Positions 39,867 through 49,446 of a stretch of 64,000 nucleotides of DNA are shown here, one piece after another. A model generated the notes under the pieces. It ran no database searches, was not told the origin of the DNA, and was given only the letters and a program-made list of their open reading frames with translations. Within the stretch, counting starts at the first letter, position 1, and each line of letters begins with the position of its first letter. Both the position numbers and the translations under genes were made by a program. This DNA is from Spirochaetia bacterium (GTDB taxonomy: Bacteria; Spirochaetota; Spirochaetia; SZUA-6; Bin103), in assembly GCA_965208575.1 (NCBI GenBank), contig CBDBOV010000005.1, positions 64,001 through 128,000 on the forward strand, written 5' to 3'.

Positions 39867-40586
39867 TCACGCCAATCCGTACACCGGGATACCGGCGCCG
39901 TGGACCGCGGCCGCCGCGTCCGACGCGAGGAACACGATGACGTTGGCCAGGTGCGCCGGCGCCACCCACCTGGCGGGGTCGGAGTTGGGCATCGCGGCGC
40001 GGTTCGCGGGCGTGTCGATGATACTCGGCAGCACCGCGTTCACGTTGACCCCGGCATCCTTCAGCTCCGCCGACAGCGCTTGCGTGAGCGCCAGCACCGC
40101 CGCCTTGGTCGCGCCGTAGACGCCGTTGCCGGCCTCGCCCTGCAGCGCCGCCCGCGCCGACACGTTGACGATCGCGCCGCCGCCGCCAGCGGTCAGAATC
40201 GGGGCCGCCGCCCGGCACACCGTAAAGGTGGTGCGCAGGTTCAGGTCCAGCAGGTGCTCCAGGGCGGCGTCGTCCGCGTCCGCCACCCGTGTCCAGGTGT
40301 AGCCGCCGGCCAGGTTGACCACCGCGCGCAACGAGTCCGGCGCCACCCGCCCGAGCAGCGTCTCCACCTCATCGGCACGGCGCAGGTCGCAGCGCCGCAG
40401 CTCCACCCGCGCCTCCCGCCCGGCGAACCGCTCCCGGAACGGCGCCACCTCCGCCTCCACCACGTAGGTCACCAGCACCCGCGCCCCCGCCTGCAGGAAC
40501 CCCTGCACCACCGCCCCGCCCAGCGCGCCGCTCCCGCCGGTGACAATCACCTTCCGTCCGCCAAAGTCGATCCGCATGCCGCCCAT
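39867..40586 (-). CDS. SDR family oxidoreductase
   Basis: TGGSGALG, YGATK and LPSIIDTPANR motifs. Confidence 0.9.
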   Translation of the reverse strand: MGGMRIDFGGRKVIVTGGSGALGGAVVQGFLQAGARVLVTYVVEAEVAPFRERFAGREARVELRRCDLRRADEVETLLGRVAPDSLRAVVNLAGGYTWTRVADADDAALEHLLDLNLRTTFTVCRAAAPILTAGGGGAIVNVSARAALQGEAGNGVYGATKAAVLALTQALSAELKDAGVNVNAVLPSIIDTPANRAAMPNSDPARWVAPAHLANVIVFLASDAAAAVHGAGIPVYGLA

Positions 40587-40680
40587 CGTAGGCCGAAGCC
40601 TCCGGGTGTCAAGGTCATCACCACCGGTCGGTGGGCGGCGTGCGACGCACCTGTCGGTTTCATGCAGAATCGAGCACGAA

Positions 40681-41181
40681 ATGGGAGCGCAACCAGATTG
40701 TTGCATCGAACGGCTGAACGAGGGGGATGCGGGGTGGCGGGAGCTGGTGGAGGTCATTACCGGGGAGGGGCAGGCGAAGGAGGCGTTCGATCCGTTCTTC
40801 GGCCGGTTTCCGCGCTACTTCGTCGCAGCGCGACAGAGTGGGCGGGTGGTAGGATTCCTGATGTTCGTGGTGTGGGAGATCGGGCCGCATGACCGCGGAC
40901 ATCCGGTGGTAAAGCGTGACGGGAAGGCCTTGACGGAGGCGAAGATCATCGCGTTCGGGGTACCGCCGGCATACCGCCGGCAGGGCATCGGGCGAGCGCT
41001 GCAGGAATACGTGCTGCGCCGCGCGCGGGCGCTCGGCTGTTACCAGGTGCGGTCGGTGAGCCGCCCGAGCCGGCAGGCAAACCACCAGCTCAAGCTGTCG
41101 ATGGGCTTTGCCGTCGAGCCGATGGAGCGCGACGAACCGAGCCTGGCGTTCGTCATGCCGCTGGAAGGCCATGGAGGTTAG
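40681..41181 (+). CDS. GNAT family N-acetyltransferase
   Basis: FGVPPAYRRQGIGRAL and SMGF motifs. Confidence 0.8.
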   Translation: MGAQPDCCIERLNEGDAGWRELVEVITGEGQAKEAFDPFFGRFPRYFVAARQSGRVVGFLMFVVWEIGPHDRGHPVVKRDGKALTEAKIIAFGVPPAYRRQGIGRALQEYVLRRARALGCYQVRSVSRPSRQANHQLKLSMGFAVEPMERDEPSLAFVMPLEGHGG

Positions 41182-41209
41182 CCGCCGTGCCGCCGACGAG
41201 CGGACGTCT

Positions 41210-41308
41210 TGCGGCGAATACCGTTGGCAATCGCCGCATGCGGTGCGGTGATTAGCTTGCCCCAACTGGCGCACCGTACTATTATCCACCGCAGATGTTG
41301 CGGTGAAT
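41210..41308 (+). promoter_or_regulatory. palindromic operator boxes upstream of fic
   Basis: AATCGCCGCA-N5-TGCGGTGATT (41229-41253) and ATCCACCGCA-N5-TGCGGTGAAT (41284-41308), plus a half-site at 41210. Confidence 0.65.
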
Positions 41309-42469
41309 ATGGGCTGGATTCATGACAGGCCGGAGTGGCCGCGGTTCACCTGGGACGACGCGGCTCTGACGAGCGCGCTCGCCGACGTGCGACACCGGCA
41401 GGGCCGGCACCTCGGGACGATGGAAGCGCTCGGATTCGACGTGCGGGCCGAAACCAGCGTTGCCACGCTCACCGACGAGGTGGTGCGCTCGTCGGCCATC
41501 GAGGGCGAGCACCTCGACCCACGCGAGGTGCGCTCGTCGGTCGCCCGCCGACTCGGGTTCGATAGCGGCGGCCTACCCTCTCCAAATGACGGAGTGGAGG
41601 GCGCGGTTGCGGTGACGCTCGATGCGACGCGCAACTTCGATGCGCCACTCACGGCGGAGCGCCTGCATGGCTGGCACGCGGCGCTGTTTCCCACCGGACG
41701 CAGCGGCATGACTCGCATTACCGTGGGAGCTTGGCGCACCGACGCGGCTGGACCGATGCAGGTGGTCTCAGGTCCGGTCGGCAGAGAGCGGGTGCACTTT
41801 CAGGCCCCGGGGGCAACCCGGCTCGACTTCGAGATGCAGCGATTCCTCGATTGGTTCGCCGCCACCGATCTCGATCCCGTGCTCAAGGCCGGCGTGGCCC
41901 ATTTCTGGTTCGTGACCATTCATCCGTTCGATGACGGCAACGGCCGGATTGGCCGCGCCGTCGCCGACATGGCGCTGGCACAGGCGGACGGCACGAAGGA
42001 GCGCTTCTACAGCCTGTCGAAGGGCATCGCCGCGCGGCGTGCGGCGTACTATCGCCAGCTCGAGGCGGCGCAGCGAGCCGGCCTCGACATTACCCTGTGG
42101 CTGCGATGGTTCCTTGATTGCCTCGGCGAGACGATCCGGGACGCCGGCACGCAACTCGGTGCGGCGCTCGACAAGGCGCGGTTGCGGCAACGGATTCTCC
42201 GGCACGCGCTGAACGAGAGGCAGCGCAGGATCGTCGATCTGCTGCTCGACGATTTCCAGGGCCACCTCACCACGTCGAAGTACGCCAAGCTGGCCAGATG
42301 CTCGAACGACACCGCGCTGCGCGACATCCGCGACCTGCTCGAACGCGCAATCATCGCCCGCAACCCCGGCGGCGGCCGCAGCACCAGCTACCGGATCGCC
42401 GAGGGGTCCGAACGCGCCGCTCAACGCACGGCGGAGCTCGATCATTCTTCGGGTATGACCGAAGTTTGA
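41309..42469 (+). CDS. Fic family protein (DUF4172 N-terminus, wHTH C-terminus)
   Basis: WIHDRPEWPRFTWD, SSAIEGE, HPFDDGNGRIGR and TALRDI..GGRSTSY motifs. Confidence 0.93.
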   Translation: MGWIHDRPEWPRFTWDDAALTSALADVRHRQGRHLGTMEALGFDVRAETSVATLTDEVVRSSAIEGEHLDPREVRSSVARRLGFDSGGLPSPNDGVEGAVAVTLDATRNFDAPLTAERLHGWHAALFPTGRSGMTRITVGAWRTDAAGPMQVVSGPVGRERVHFQAPGATRLDFEMQRFLDWFAATDLDPVLKAGVAHFWFVTIHPFDDGNGRIGRAVADMALAQADGTKERFYSLSKGIAARRAAYYRQLEAAQRAGLDITLWLRWFLDCLGETIRDAGTQLGAALDKARLRQRILRHALNERQRRIVDLLLDDFQGHLTTSKYAKLARCSNDTALRDIRDLLERAIIARNPGGGRSTSYRIAEGSERAAQRTAELDHSSGMTEV

Positions 42470-42522
42470 TTGTTGCCGACGGTTTCTTTCGGTTACAAAC
42501 GAAGAATCTCCGCGTACGATCC

Positions 42523-43836
42523 TCAGTCGCGGCCGGCGGCGGCGCGGATGTTGGCGCGGGTGCCGGGCACGTCGAAGCAGGCGTACTGGTTGGCGCGCAT
42601 GATGCGGGTGGCGACCTCCATCGCCTGGCGCTCGGTCAGGTCGCCGGCGGCCACCTCGGCCGCCAGCGCCCGCCGGATGCCGCGGCGTGCCTGCTGCGCA
42701 TAGGCCAGGGCCGCGGTCGGCCACGTGGTGTCGCCGCCGAACGCGAACAGCTTGTTGATCGGCACCGCGTGGATGAAGCGGCGCAGGAAATCGCCGGCGC
42801 TGTAAGGGTCGATGCTCCACGCCCAGCACAGGTCGACCCAGATGTTGCGGTAGTGCTTGGCCAGGGCGGCCAGCTCGTCGCTGTACGGGTAGGCGATGTG
42901 CATCAGCACGAAGCGCGCCTCGGGATAGCGGGCAAACAGCGCGCACATGTTGCCGGCCGGGATGTAGGCGGTCGGCATGCGGTCGTTGCCGGCGTAGTAG
43001 CCGGTGTGGATCTTGAACGGCAGGTCGTGCTCGATCGCCAGCTCGATGCCGCGCGCCCAGCACCAGTCCCCGAGGCACAGGTGGGCGGCGGAGTCGACCT
43101 CCCCTGGAGCGGGCCGCAGCACCTTCTGCAGCGCCGCCTCCGCATCGGCATCGCTGCGCTCGCTCCAGGCCAGCGTGCGCGCATAGGCGTGCTGCGCCTT
43201 GACCGCGATCGCGCACGGCGCGTGGCGCGCGAAGATCACCTCCATGGCGCGCCGCAGCGAGGCCAGGCCGCCCACCTCGATGCCGGTCTCGGCGGCAACG
43301 GCGGGCACGTCGACGTCGCCCATGCAGAAGGTGAACCACGACAGGTCGTAGAGAAAGAACTCCGGGCCCGAGGCGTCCGGCGGGCACGGCCAGCGCAAGT
43401 CGTCGGTCTGCACCTGGTCGAGATTGGCGACGTCGTGCAGCAGCCGGTAGCGCTCACCGGGACGGCGCAGTTCGGCGGTGCGGCCCGCGGCGGCCGCCAG
43501 AGCGTCGGGGGTGATCTCCTCGAGGCCGTACACCTGGCTGGCGATCAGGCGCACCGCCTCGCCGTAGCCGGTGAACTGCGCAGCCTGCCACCCTGCCTCC
43601 ACGCCCCGGAAGCGGGCGGCGATGTCCGGGGCGGAGGCGTCCATGAGCCGCCGCATCGCCTCCCGGGACGCTCCCGCGGTGTGCAGGTCGGCGCGCACGT
43701 AGTTGTCGAACAGGTCCTGCAGAATGTCGGGCCCATCGTCCAGCCACTCCGACTCCCGCCGCAAGTGCTCGTGGGTGTCCACCAGCGGCGTCTGCTCGAC
43801 GTGCCTGGCCAGATCGGTGGTCAACTCCTTGTTCAT
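42523..43836 (-). CDS. amidohydrolase family protein
   Basis: VDTHEH, KIHTG, FVLMH and FGGD motifs. Confidence 0.88.
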   Translation of the reverse strand: MNKELTTDLARHVEQTPLVDTHEHLRRESEWLDDGPDILQDLFDNYVRADLHTAGASREAMRRLMDASAPDIAARFRGVEAGWQAAQFTGYGEAVRLIASQVYGLEEITPDALAAAAGRTAELRRPGERYRLLHDVANLDQVQTDDLRWPCPPDASGPEFFLYDLSWFTFCMGDVDVPAVAAETGIEVGGLASLRRAMEVIFARHAPCAIAVKAQHAYARTLAWSERSDADAEAALQKVLRPAPGEVDSAAHLCLGDWCWARGIELAIEHDLPFKIHTGYYAGNDRMPTAYIPAGNMCALFARYPEARFVLMHIAYPYSDELAALAKHYRNIWVDLCWAWSIDPYSAGDFLRRFIHAVPINKLFAFGGDTTWPTAALAYAQQARRGIRRALAAEVAAGDLTERQAMEVATRIMRANQYACFDVPGTRANIRAAAGRD

Positions 43837-43854
43837 CACGGGACTCACCTTACC

Positions 43855-44406
43855 TCAGATCGCTCCGGCGGCGGCCAGCAGGTCGGTAACGAGCCGGTCC
43901 AGTTCCGCCGCCGCACCGGCATCGCGCAGCGTTTCGCCCGCCAGAGCTTCGCTGGCGGAGGGCAGGCTGAATTGCCGGTCGAGCAGCGGCACGCGCATGT
44001 GTTCGAGCGCCAGCCGGAGCACCACCAGGCCACGCCGGCCGCCGCGCGGGCCGGGTGACGCGCTCAGCAGTGCGGTGGGGCGCACCCAGATGCCGCGATC
44101 GATGCGGGTAAGCCAGTCGATGGTGTTCTTCAGCAGCGCGGGAAAGGAGCCGTTGTACTCGGGCGAGGCGATCATCAGCCCATCCGCCGCCGCCACCTGC
44201 TCGCCGAGGGCGAGCGCCGGGCCGGGTACGCCGTTGGCGGTCTCGTAGTCGCCGTCGTACAAAGGCATCCGGTAATCGGCAAGGTCCAGGAACACCCCTT
44301 CGCCGCCGAGCGCCGGCACGCGCGCCGCAGCCGCCCGCGCCAGGCGCTTGTTGAGCGATTCCCGGCGCGCGCTCCCCGCCAAAACCACAATCCGCCGAGT
44401 CCCCAC
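43855..44406 (-). CDS. NADPH-dependent FMN reductase
   Basis: GSARRESLN, SPEYNGS..LKNTIDW and SASPGPRGG motifs. Confidence 0.92.
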   Translation of the reverse strand: MGTRRIVVLAGSARRESLNKRLARAAAARVPALGGEGVFLDLADYRMPLYDGDYETANGVPGPALALGEQVAAADGLMIASPEYNGSFPALLKNTIDWLTRIDRGIWVRPTALLSASPGPRGGRRGLVVLRLALEHMRVPLLDRQFSLPSASEALAGETLRDAGAAAELDRLVTDLLAAAGAI

Positions 44407-44483
44407 CGCACACCAGTATACCAGTCGAACTTGGGGCAGACCTCGCTTGGATCACCGGGTTGTATGGCTATATCAAGTCAGAT

Positions 44484-44999
44484 ATGTTGACTGCCATGAA
44501 TCTGGTTGCTCGTCTGCGGCGACGCGCCGGTCTGACGCAGGCCGCATTGGCGGATTTGGGCGGCACTTCGCAACCAACGATCGCAGCGTACGAGACCGGA
44601 ACCAAGCGTCCGAGCTTGCGCACACTCGAACGGCTGGCCTCCGCCGCCGGTCTTGGTATCCATGTTGCGCTCGTTCCGCACATGACACGGGAAGATCGCC
44701 GTAGCCTGGCGCTGCACGAGAGGATCGCCGACAGGCTTCGCGCTGCTCCGGTCGAGACGCTGGCGCGGGCGGAGGCCAACCTCCGGCGCATGCGCGGCCT
44801 TCACCCAGGCGCATCCGCGCTGCTTGACGAGTGGGAACGCCTGCTGCACAGCTCCCCCGATGTACTGATGGACGCGCTCATGAACCCTGGCCTGCACTGT
44901 CGCGACCTGCGTCACGTTACGCCGTTCGCCGGTGTGCTGAGTGCGCCGGAGCGCGCTGCCGTGTACCGTGAGTTCCGGCGCGACGAGATGCGGCGATGA
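44484..44999 (+). CDS. XRE-HTH antitoxin-like protein
   Basis: RRRAGLTQAALA...TSQPTIAAYETG and RSLALHERIA...EWERLL...TPFAGVL. Confidence 0.8.
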   Translation: MLTAMNLVARLRRRAGLTQAALADLGGTSQPTIAAYETGTKRPSLRTLERLASAAGLGIHVALVPHMTREDRRSLALHERIADRLRAAPVETLARAEANLRRMRGLHPGASALLDEWERLLHSSPDVLMDALMNPGLHCRDLRHVTPFAGVLSAPERAAVYREFRRDEMRR

Positions 45000-45070
45000 A
45001 GCGCGCCCAGTTCGAGCATGCGGTCCGGGCAGCGGCCGCGGTCGCCGGGGAGCGGTCTTACAGCACGTAG
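44996..45070 (+). pseudogene. stub of the partner nucleotidyltransferase toxin (DUF6036-like)
   Basis: ATGA overlap with the antitoxin; MKRAQFEHAVRAAAAVAGE then runs into the ggt stop. Confidence 0.6.
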
Positions 45071-46758
45071 GTCGCGCCGGCCGAGCCGGGTTTCGCCGGG
45101 CCGCCGCTGATGCCGATGGGAGTGCCGTCGGCCCGCCAGCATGCCGCGCCGTGAATCAGCCCCCGGCCGTGGTCGAACCGTACGCCGTTCATGCCGCCGG
45201 CTACGCGGGGGACGACCTGCAACTCGTGGCCCATACCGCGCAGTCGTTCGCGGGTCGCCTCGGCGATGCCTGGTTCGACTTGCAGTTCCTGCCCCTGAGT
45301 CCAGACGCGCGGTGCTTCGACCGCTTCCTGCAGCGTCATGCCGAAGTCGATCACGTTGACGATCGCCTGCAGCACGGATGGGAAGATTCGCGTGCCGCCG
45401 GGCGTGCCGAGCGCCATGAACGGCGTGCCATCCTGCAGGACGACGGTCGGCGACATGCTGCTGAGCATGCGCTTGCCGGGCGCGACGGAGTTGGCGTTGC
45501 CGGGGTGCGGGTCGAACAGCGCCATGGTGTTGTTGAGGAGCAGGCCGGTGCCGGGCACGGTGACGCTGGAGCCGAACAGCTCGTTGATGGTCTGCGTCAT
45601 GGCTACCACGTTGCCCTGGTCGTCGGCCACGGTGAGGTGAGTGGTGTTGCCTGACTCGCCGCCGAACGCCGCCGGATCGCCGGCGCTGTGCGTGGATGGG
45701 CGGCTGCGGTCAATGTCGCCGCGGCGGACGCCGGCGTACTCCTTGGACGTGAGGCCGGCGATCGGCATGTGCACGAACGCCGGATCGGCCATGTACTCGA
45801 ACCGGTCGGCGTACGCGACCGTCATTACCTCGGAGAGCAGGTGGACGTACGCCGCGGTGCCGAATCCCAGGGCGGCGACGTCGAACGCCTCGAGCAGGTT
45901 GAGCATCTGCACGATGTGGGTGCCGCCGCTGCTGGTGGGGGGCGCCGACACGATCTCGTAGCCGCGGTAGGTGCCGCGCACCGGCACGCGGTCTTGAATC
46001 TCGTACTCGCGCAGGTCCTGCAGCGTGACGAGCCCGCCACCGGCCGCCATCTCCTCGGCAACCGCCGCGCCGAGGGCACCGCCGTAGAGCACGTCCGGCC
46101 CGTGCGCGGCGATCAGCTCCAGGCTCGCGGCCAGATCCTCCATGACGATCACGTCACCCGGTGAGGGCACCGCGCCCCCCGGCAGGAACAGGGCCGCGGT
46201 GGCGGCGAACGCGGCGAGGTCCTCCCGGCTGTCCCTTATGCAGTCGACCAGGTAGCGGCTGGCGGGGAACCCGTGCCGCGCGCGGCGGATGGCCGGCTGC
46301 ATGACCACATCCAGGCCCAGGCGGCCGTGCCGGTCCGCGATCTCGCACCACGCCTTGAGATTGCCGGGCACCCCGACCGCGAGATGGCCGACCTTGTTCC
46401 TGCGGCCCACCGTCTCCATGTAGTCGGGCCAGACGTCGGACACCGGTTCGAACATGTCCGGCGTAGCGCCGCCCGGCGCGGTGGAGTAGTTGTCGATGAC
46501 GGTGCACTCGCCGGTGGCGCCGTGATGGATGGTGACGAAGCCGGCTCCGAACGGTCCGACCATCATCGGCTCGACCACGCTCAGCGCGAACGCGGTGGCC
46601 ACCGCCGCGTCGAAGGCATTGCCGCCGAGCGCCAGCATCTCGGCGCCGGCCGCCGACGCAAGGGGATGGTTGGAGGCGACCATGCCGCGCGATGCCGTGC
46701 CGCCCCGCTTGAGCAGATCGAAGGTGCTTCCAGCACTGTCGCGCCACGAGCGCTTCAT
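45058..46758 (-). CDS. ggt: gamma-glutamyltransferase
   Basis: GGNAFDAAVA, NTTHLTVAD (nucleophile Thr), LSSMSP and GTPGG motifs. Confidence 0.95.
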   Translation of the reverse strand: MKRSWRDSAGSTFDLLKRGGTASRGMVASNHPLASAAGAEMLALGGNAFDAAVATAFALSVVEPMMVGPFGAGFVTIHHGATGECTVIDNYSTAPGGATPDMFEPVSDVWPDYMETVGRRNKVGHLAVGVPGNLKAWCEIADRHGRLGLDVVMQPAIRRARHGFPASRYLVDCIRDSREDLAAFAATAALFLPGGAVPSPGDVIVMEDLAASLELIAAHGPDVLYGGALGAAVAEEMAAGGGLVTLQDLREYEIQDRVPVRGTYRGYEIVSAPPTSSGGTHIVQMLNLLEAFDVAALGFGTAAYVHLLSEVMTVAYADRFEYMADPAFVHMPIAGLTSKEYAGVRRGDIDRSRPSTHSAGDPAAFGGESGNTTHLTVADDQGNVVAMTQTINELFGSSVTVPGTGLLLNNTMALFDPHPGNANSVAPGKRMLSSMSPTVVLQDGTPFMALGTPGGTRIFPSVLQAIVNVIDFGMTLQEAVEAPRVWTQGQELQVEPGIAEATRERLRGMGHELQVVPRVAGGMNGVRFDHGRGLIHGAACWRADGTPIGISGGPAKPGSAGATYVL

Positions 46759-46763
46759 CGGAG

Positions 46764-47972
46764 CTACTTCAGCGCCTGGAATGCCTTCGCGGTTGCCGCG
46801 AGCGCCTGTTCGATGTCGGCTTCGGTGTGCGCGGTCGACAGGAACATGTTGTGCCAGGGGTGCAGGTAGACGCCCTGGTGCAGGGCGTGGGTGCAGAACG
46901 CCTTGCCCTTTTCACGGTTCGGGTCGTCCTCGAACATCACGGTGGGCATCTGCGGCGGGCCGCTCTGGCGGATCGCGTGGCCGTAGCGGGCGGACTGCTC
47001 GGCGAGGCCGTCGCGGAACAGCCCACCGAGGCGCTCCATCAGCGCCGGGGCGTCCACCTCGGCGAGCAGGTCGAGCGTCTCGATGGCCGCCGCCAGCGGC
47101 GCCGCCTGGTACCAGAACGACCCGGTCACGAAGATCGACTCGGCCGCTTCCCGGTAGGGATCGCTGCCGAGGATGGCGGCCAGCGGCTCGCCGTTGGCGA
47201 TCGCCTTGCCCCAGGCCGACAGGTCGGGCTGCACTCCCAGCAGCGACCAGCTCGCATCCAGGGACAGGCGCAACCCGGCGCGCACGTCGTCCAGGATCAG
47301 CGCCGCACCCTCGGCGTCGCAGATGGCGCGCGCCGTGCGGGCGAAGGCCGGGTCGGGCAGCTCCTGGTGGTAACCGGCGTCGTGCCGGAACGCCGACACC
47401 ACGACGCCGGCGAGGTCGCCGGACACCGCCGCGGCAGCCGCGGCCAGGCTGTCGGCGTCGTTGTAGGTGTACCTCGGAAACAGAGCGTGCTCCTCGGCCG
47501 GCGTGCCGGGCGACATGCGGTTCGCCCACGGCTGCGCACCGTGGTAGGCGCCGGCCGCGACCAGGATGTTGCGCTTTTCGCTCTTCGCGCGCGCCACCAT
47601 GTTGCACACGGTGGTGGCGTCGTTGCCGTTCTTGGCGAAGATCGCCCAGTCGGCGTGGCTCACCTGGCCGACGAAGCGCTCGGCCAGGGCGACGATGGCC
47701 GGCGGCGGGCCGTTGGCGATGTCGAGCAGATCGCGCTGCGCCTCGGCCGCGGCGGCGATGCGCGGGTTGCCGTAGCCGGCGATCATCGGGCCGTACGCGC
47801 ACATGAAGTCGATGTACTCGTTGCCGTCCACGTCCCACAGGCGGCAGCCGTCGGCGCGATGAAAATACTGCGGATAGCCCGCCGGCATCTTCCGGTTCAC
47901 CGACATGTGGCCGTACATGCCGCCGGGGATCACGCGCTCGGCGCGTGTTCGAAGTGCTGCGTCGTCGTGCAT
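46764..47972 (-). CDS. class III aminotransferase (GSA aminomutase-like)
   Basis: LWDVDGNEYIDF, LILDDVRAG and WGKAIANG motifs. Confidence 0.9.
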   Translation of the reverse strand: MHDDAALRTRAERVIPGGMYGHMSVNRKMPAGYPQYFHRADGCRLWDVDGNEYIDFMCAYGPMIAGYGNPRIAAAAEAQRDLLDIANGPPPAIVALAERFVGQVSHADWAIFAKNGNDATTVCNMVARAKSEKRNILVAAGAYHGAQPWANRMSPGTPAEEHALFPRYTYNDADSLAAAAAAVSGDLAGVVVSAFRHDAGYHQELPDPAFARTARAICDAEGAALILDDVRAGLRLSLDASWSLLGVQPDLSAWGKAIANGEPLAAILGSDPYREAAESIFVTGSFWYQAAPLAAAIETLDLLAEVDAPALMERLGGLFRDGLAEQSARYGHAIRQSGPPQMPTVMFEDDPNREKGKAFCTHALHQGVYLHPWHNMFLSTAHTEADIEQALAATAKAFQALK

Positions 47973-48049
47973 GGTTCCAACTCCCCCGCCGTGCGAGCGG
48001 GCATGCCTACCATACCCCGGCCGTGCTCCATGACAACAGCTACCAGCTA

Positions 48050-48937
48050 CTACGCGCCGGTGGCCCCGATGCGTCCGCCGCCACCCCTGAGCCGCGGGTC
48101 GAGCAGGTCGCGCAGCGCATCGCCGAACATGTTCAGACAGTACACGGTAACCGTCAGGGCAAGACCCGGCCACAGCGCCAGCCATGGGGCGATCTCCATG
48201 AACTGGCGCCCTTCCCGGCTCAGCATGGCGCCCCAGCTCGGCACGCTCGGCGGCAGGCCGAAGCCGAGAAAGCTCAACGACGCCTCGCTGATGATCACGC
48301 CGCCGATGTTGATGGTGAATATGACGATCACCACCGGCGCGATATTGGGCAGCACATGGCGAACGAAGGTTCGCCATCCGGCGGAGCCGATCGACTGCGC
48401 CGCGTGGAAATAGGCGTTCTCCTTGATGTCGATGACGGCGCCTCTGACCGTTCTGGAGCCGACGATGCCTCCCGTTATCCCCAGCACCACTATTATCTGC
48501 AGCATGCCGCGCCCCACTATCGACATTACGGTGAGCAACAGGAGCAGTCCGGGAAAGGCCATCCAGGCGTCGACGAATCTCTGCACGGTCAGGTCCAGCT
48601 TGCCGCCGAAGAATCCGGAACTGCCGCCGATCAGCACCGCGACGACCACGTTCAGCGTGGTCGCCGCCAGGCCGACGATCAACGAAAGCCGGGCGCCGTG
48701 GATGAGGCGGCTCAGGAAGTCCCGCCCCACGTAGTCGGTGCCCAGGAGAAACTGCGCCGACGGGGCCTGCAGAATGTCTTCCGTGTGTGGCTCCATGTGG
48801 TCGTACGGCGCCAGAACGTCGGCAAGGATACCGACCAGAATCAGCATCAATATGATGATCCCGCAGACGCTGCCCAGCGGCTTCTCGCGCCACAGCCTGG
48901 TAAGGAAAGCAGCGGATGTGTCAGGTCCTCTAGGCAT
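48050..48937 (-). CDS. DppC/OppC-type ABC permease
   Basis: LLGTDYVGRD, HVLPN and EASLSFLGFG..PSWG motifs. Confidence 0.92.
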   Translation of the reverse strand: MPRGPDTSAAFLTRLWREKPLGSVCGIIILMLILVGILADVLAPYDHMEPHTEDILQAPSAQFLLGTDYVGRDFLSRLIHGARLSLIVGLAATTLNVVVAVLIGGSSGFFGGKLDLTVQRFVDAWMAFPGLLLLLTVMSIVGRGMLQIIVVLGITGGIVGSRTVRGAVIDIKENAYFHAAQSIGSAGWRTFVRHVLPNIAPVVIVIFTINIGGVIISEASLSFLGFGLPPSVPSWGAMLSREGRQFMEIAPWLALWPGLALTVTVYCLNMFGDALRDLLDPRLRGGGGRIGATGA

Positions 48938-49067
48938 AGCGGACCCTGGGGTCCAAATACGGATAGACGAGGTCGATCACCAGGTTGATCGCCACCACCG
49001 CGACGGCGAACAACAGGTTTATTCCAGACACCACCGGGTAGTCTCGCTCGCTGAGGGCGAGCACCAT
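48930..49067 (-). pseudogene. last 45 codons of a DppB-type permease
   Basis: MVLALSERDYPVVSGINLLF...LDPRVRYA*. Confidence 0.8.
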
Positions 49068-49073
49068 GACCCG

Positions 49074-49194
49074 GCTCCCTCGCCTGCTCCCGCGGCCCGC
49101 GAGCCGACTATTCCGACGAGGGCGACAACAACTTCAGGTCGACGGCGGGCGATGAGCCAGCACGGCGTCGACCGCGGCCCCTGGTGCGGATGCG
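49074..49194 (-). repeat. 121-bp leader, copy 1 (identical to 53364-53484)
   Basis: Base-by-base comparison of the two copies. Confidence 0.9.
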
Positions 49195-49257
49195 CGGATT
49201 AATATGGTGCTCATGGTATTGCGTCGTCCCACATAAGCCGTTCTCCGACAGAGGAGC

Positions 49258-49286
49258 AGCCTATTCCACGCGCAACGAGCTGTCAA
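49258..49286 (-). promoter_or_regulatory. sigma70-like promoter
   Basis: TTGACA-N17-TAGGCT. Confidence 0.6.
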
Positions 49287-49390
49287 GTCGCGCGGAGCAC
49301 GATCCCCCCAGGTTGCTCAACCAAAGCGACCTGGTGCCGAGCTTCGACTCGATTCGCAGCCTGGCCCGTGACGAGTAGTACGTATCCGAG

Positions 49391-49443
49391 CCGAAGCCCA
49401 GGAAGCTCAGCGCCGCCTCCGACACAATCACTCCGCCCACCTC
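49391..49443 (-). pseudogene. short internal fragment of another DppC paralog
   Basis: VGGVIVSEAALSFLGFG immediately after the stop of the dppC at 49447. Confidence 0.6.
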
Positions 49444-49446
49444 GGC

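Noticed and set aside
46764-48893. 709-aa ORF suggesting an N-terminally extended aminotransferase
   Set aside because: The extension is an off-frame read through dppC; the real start is about 47972, with a GGGGGAG RBS.
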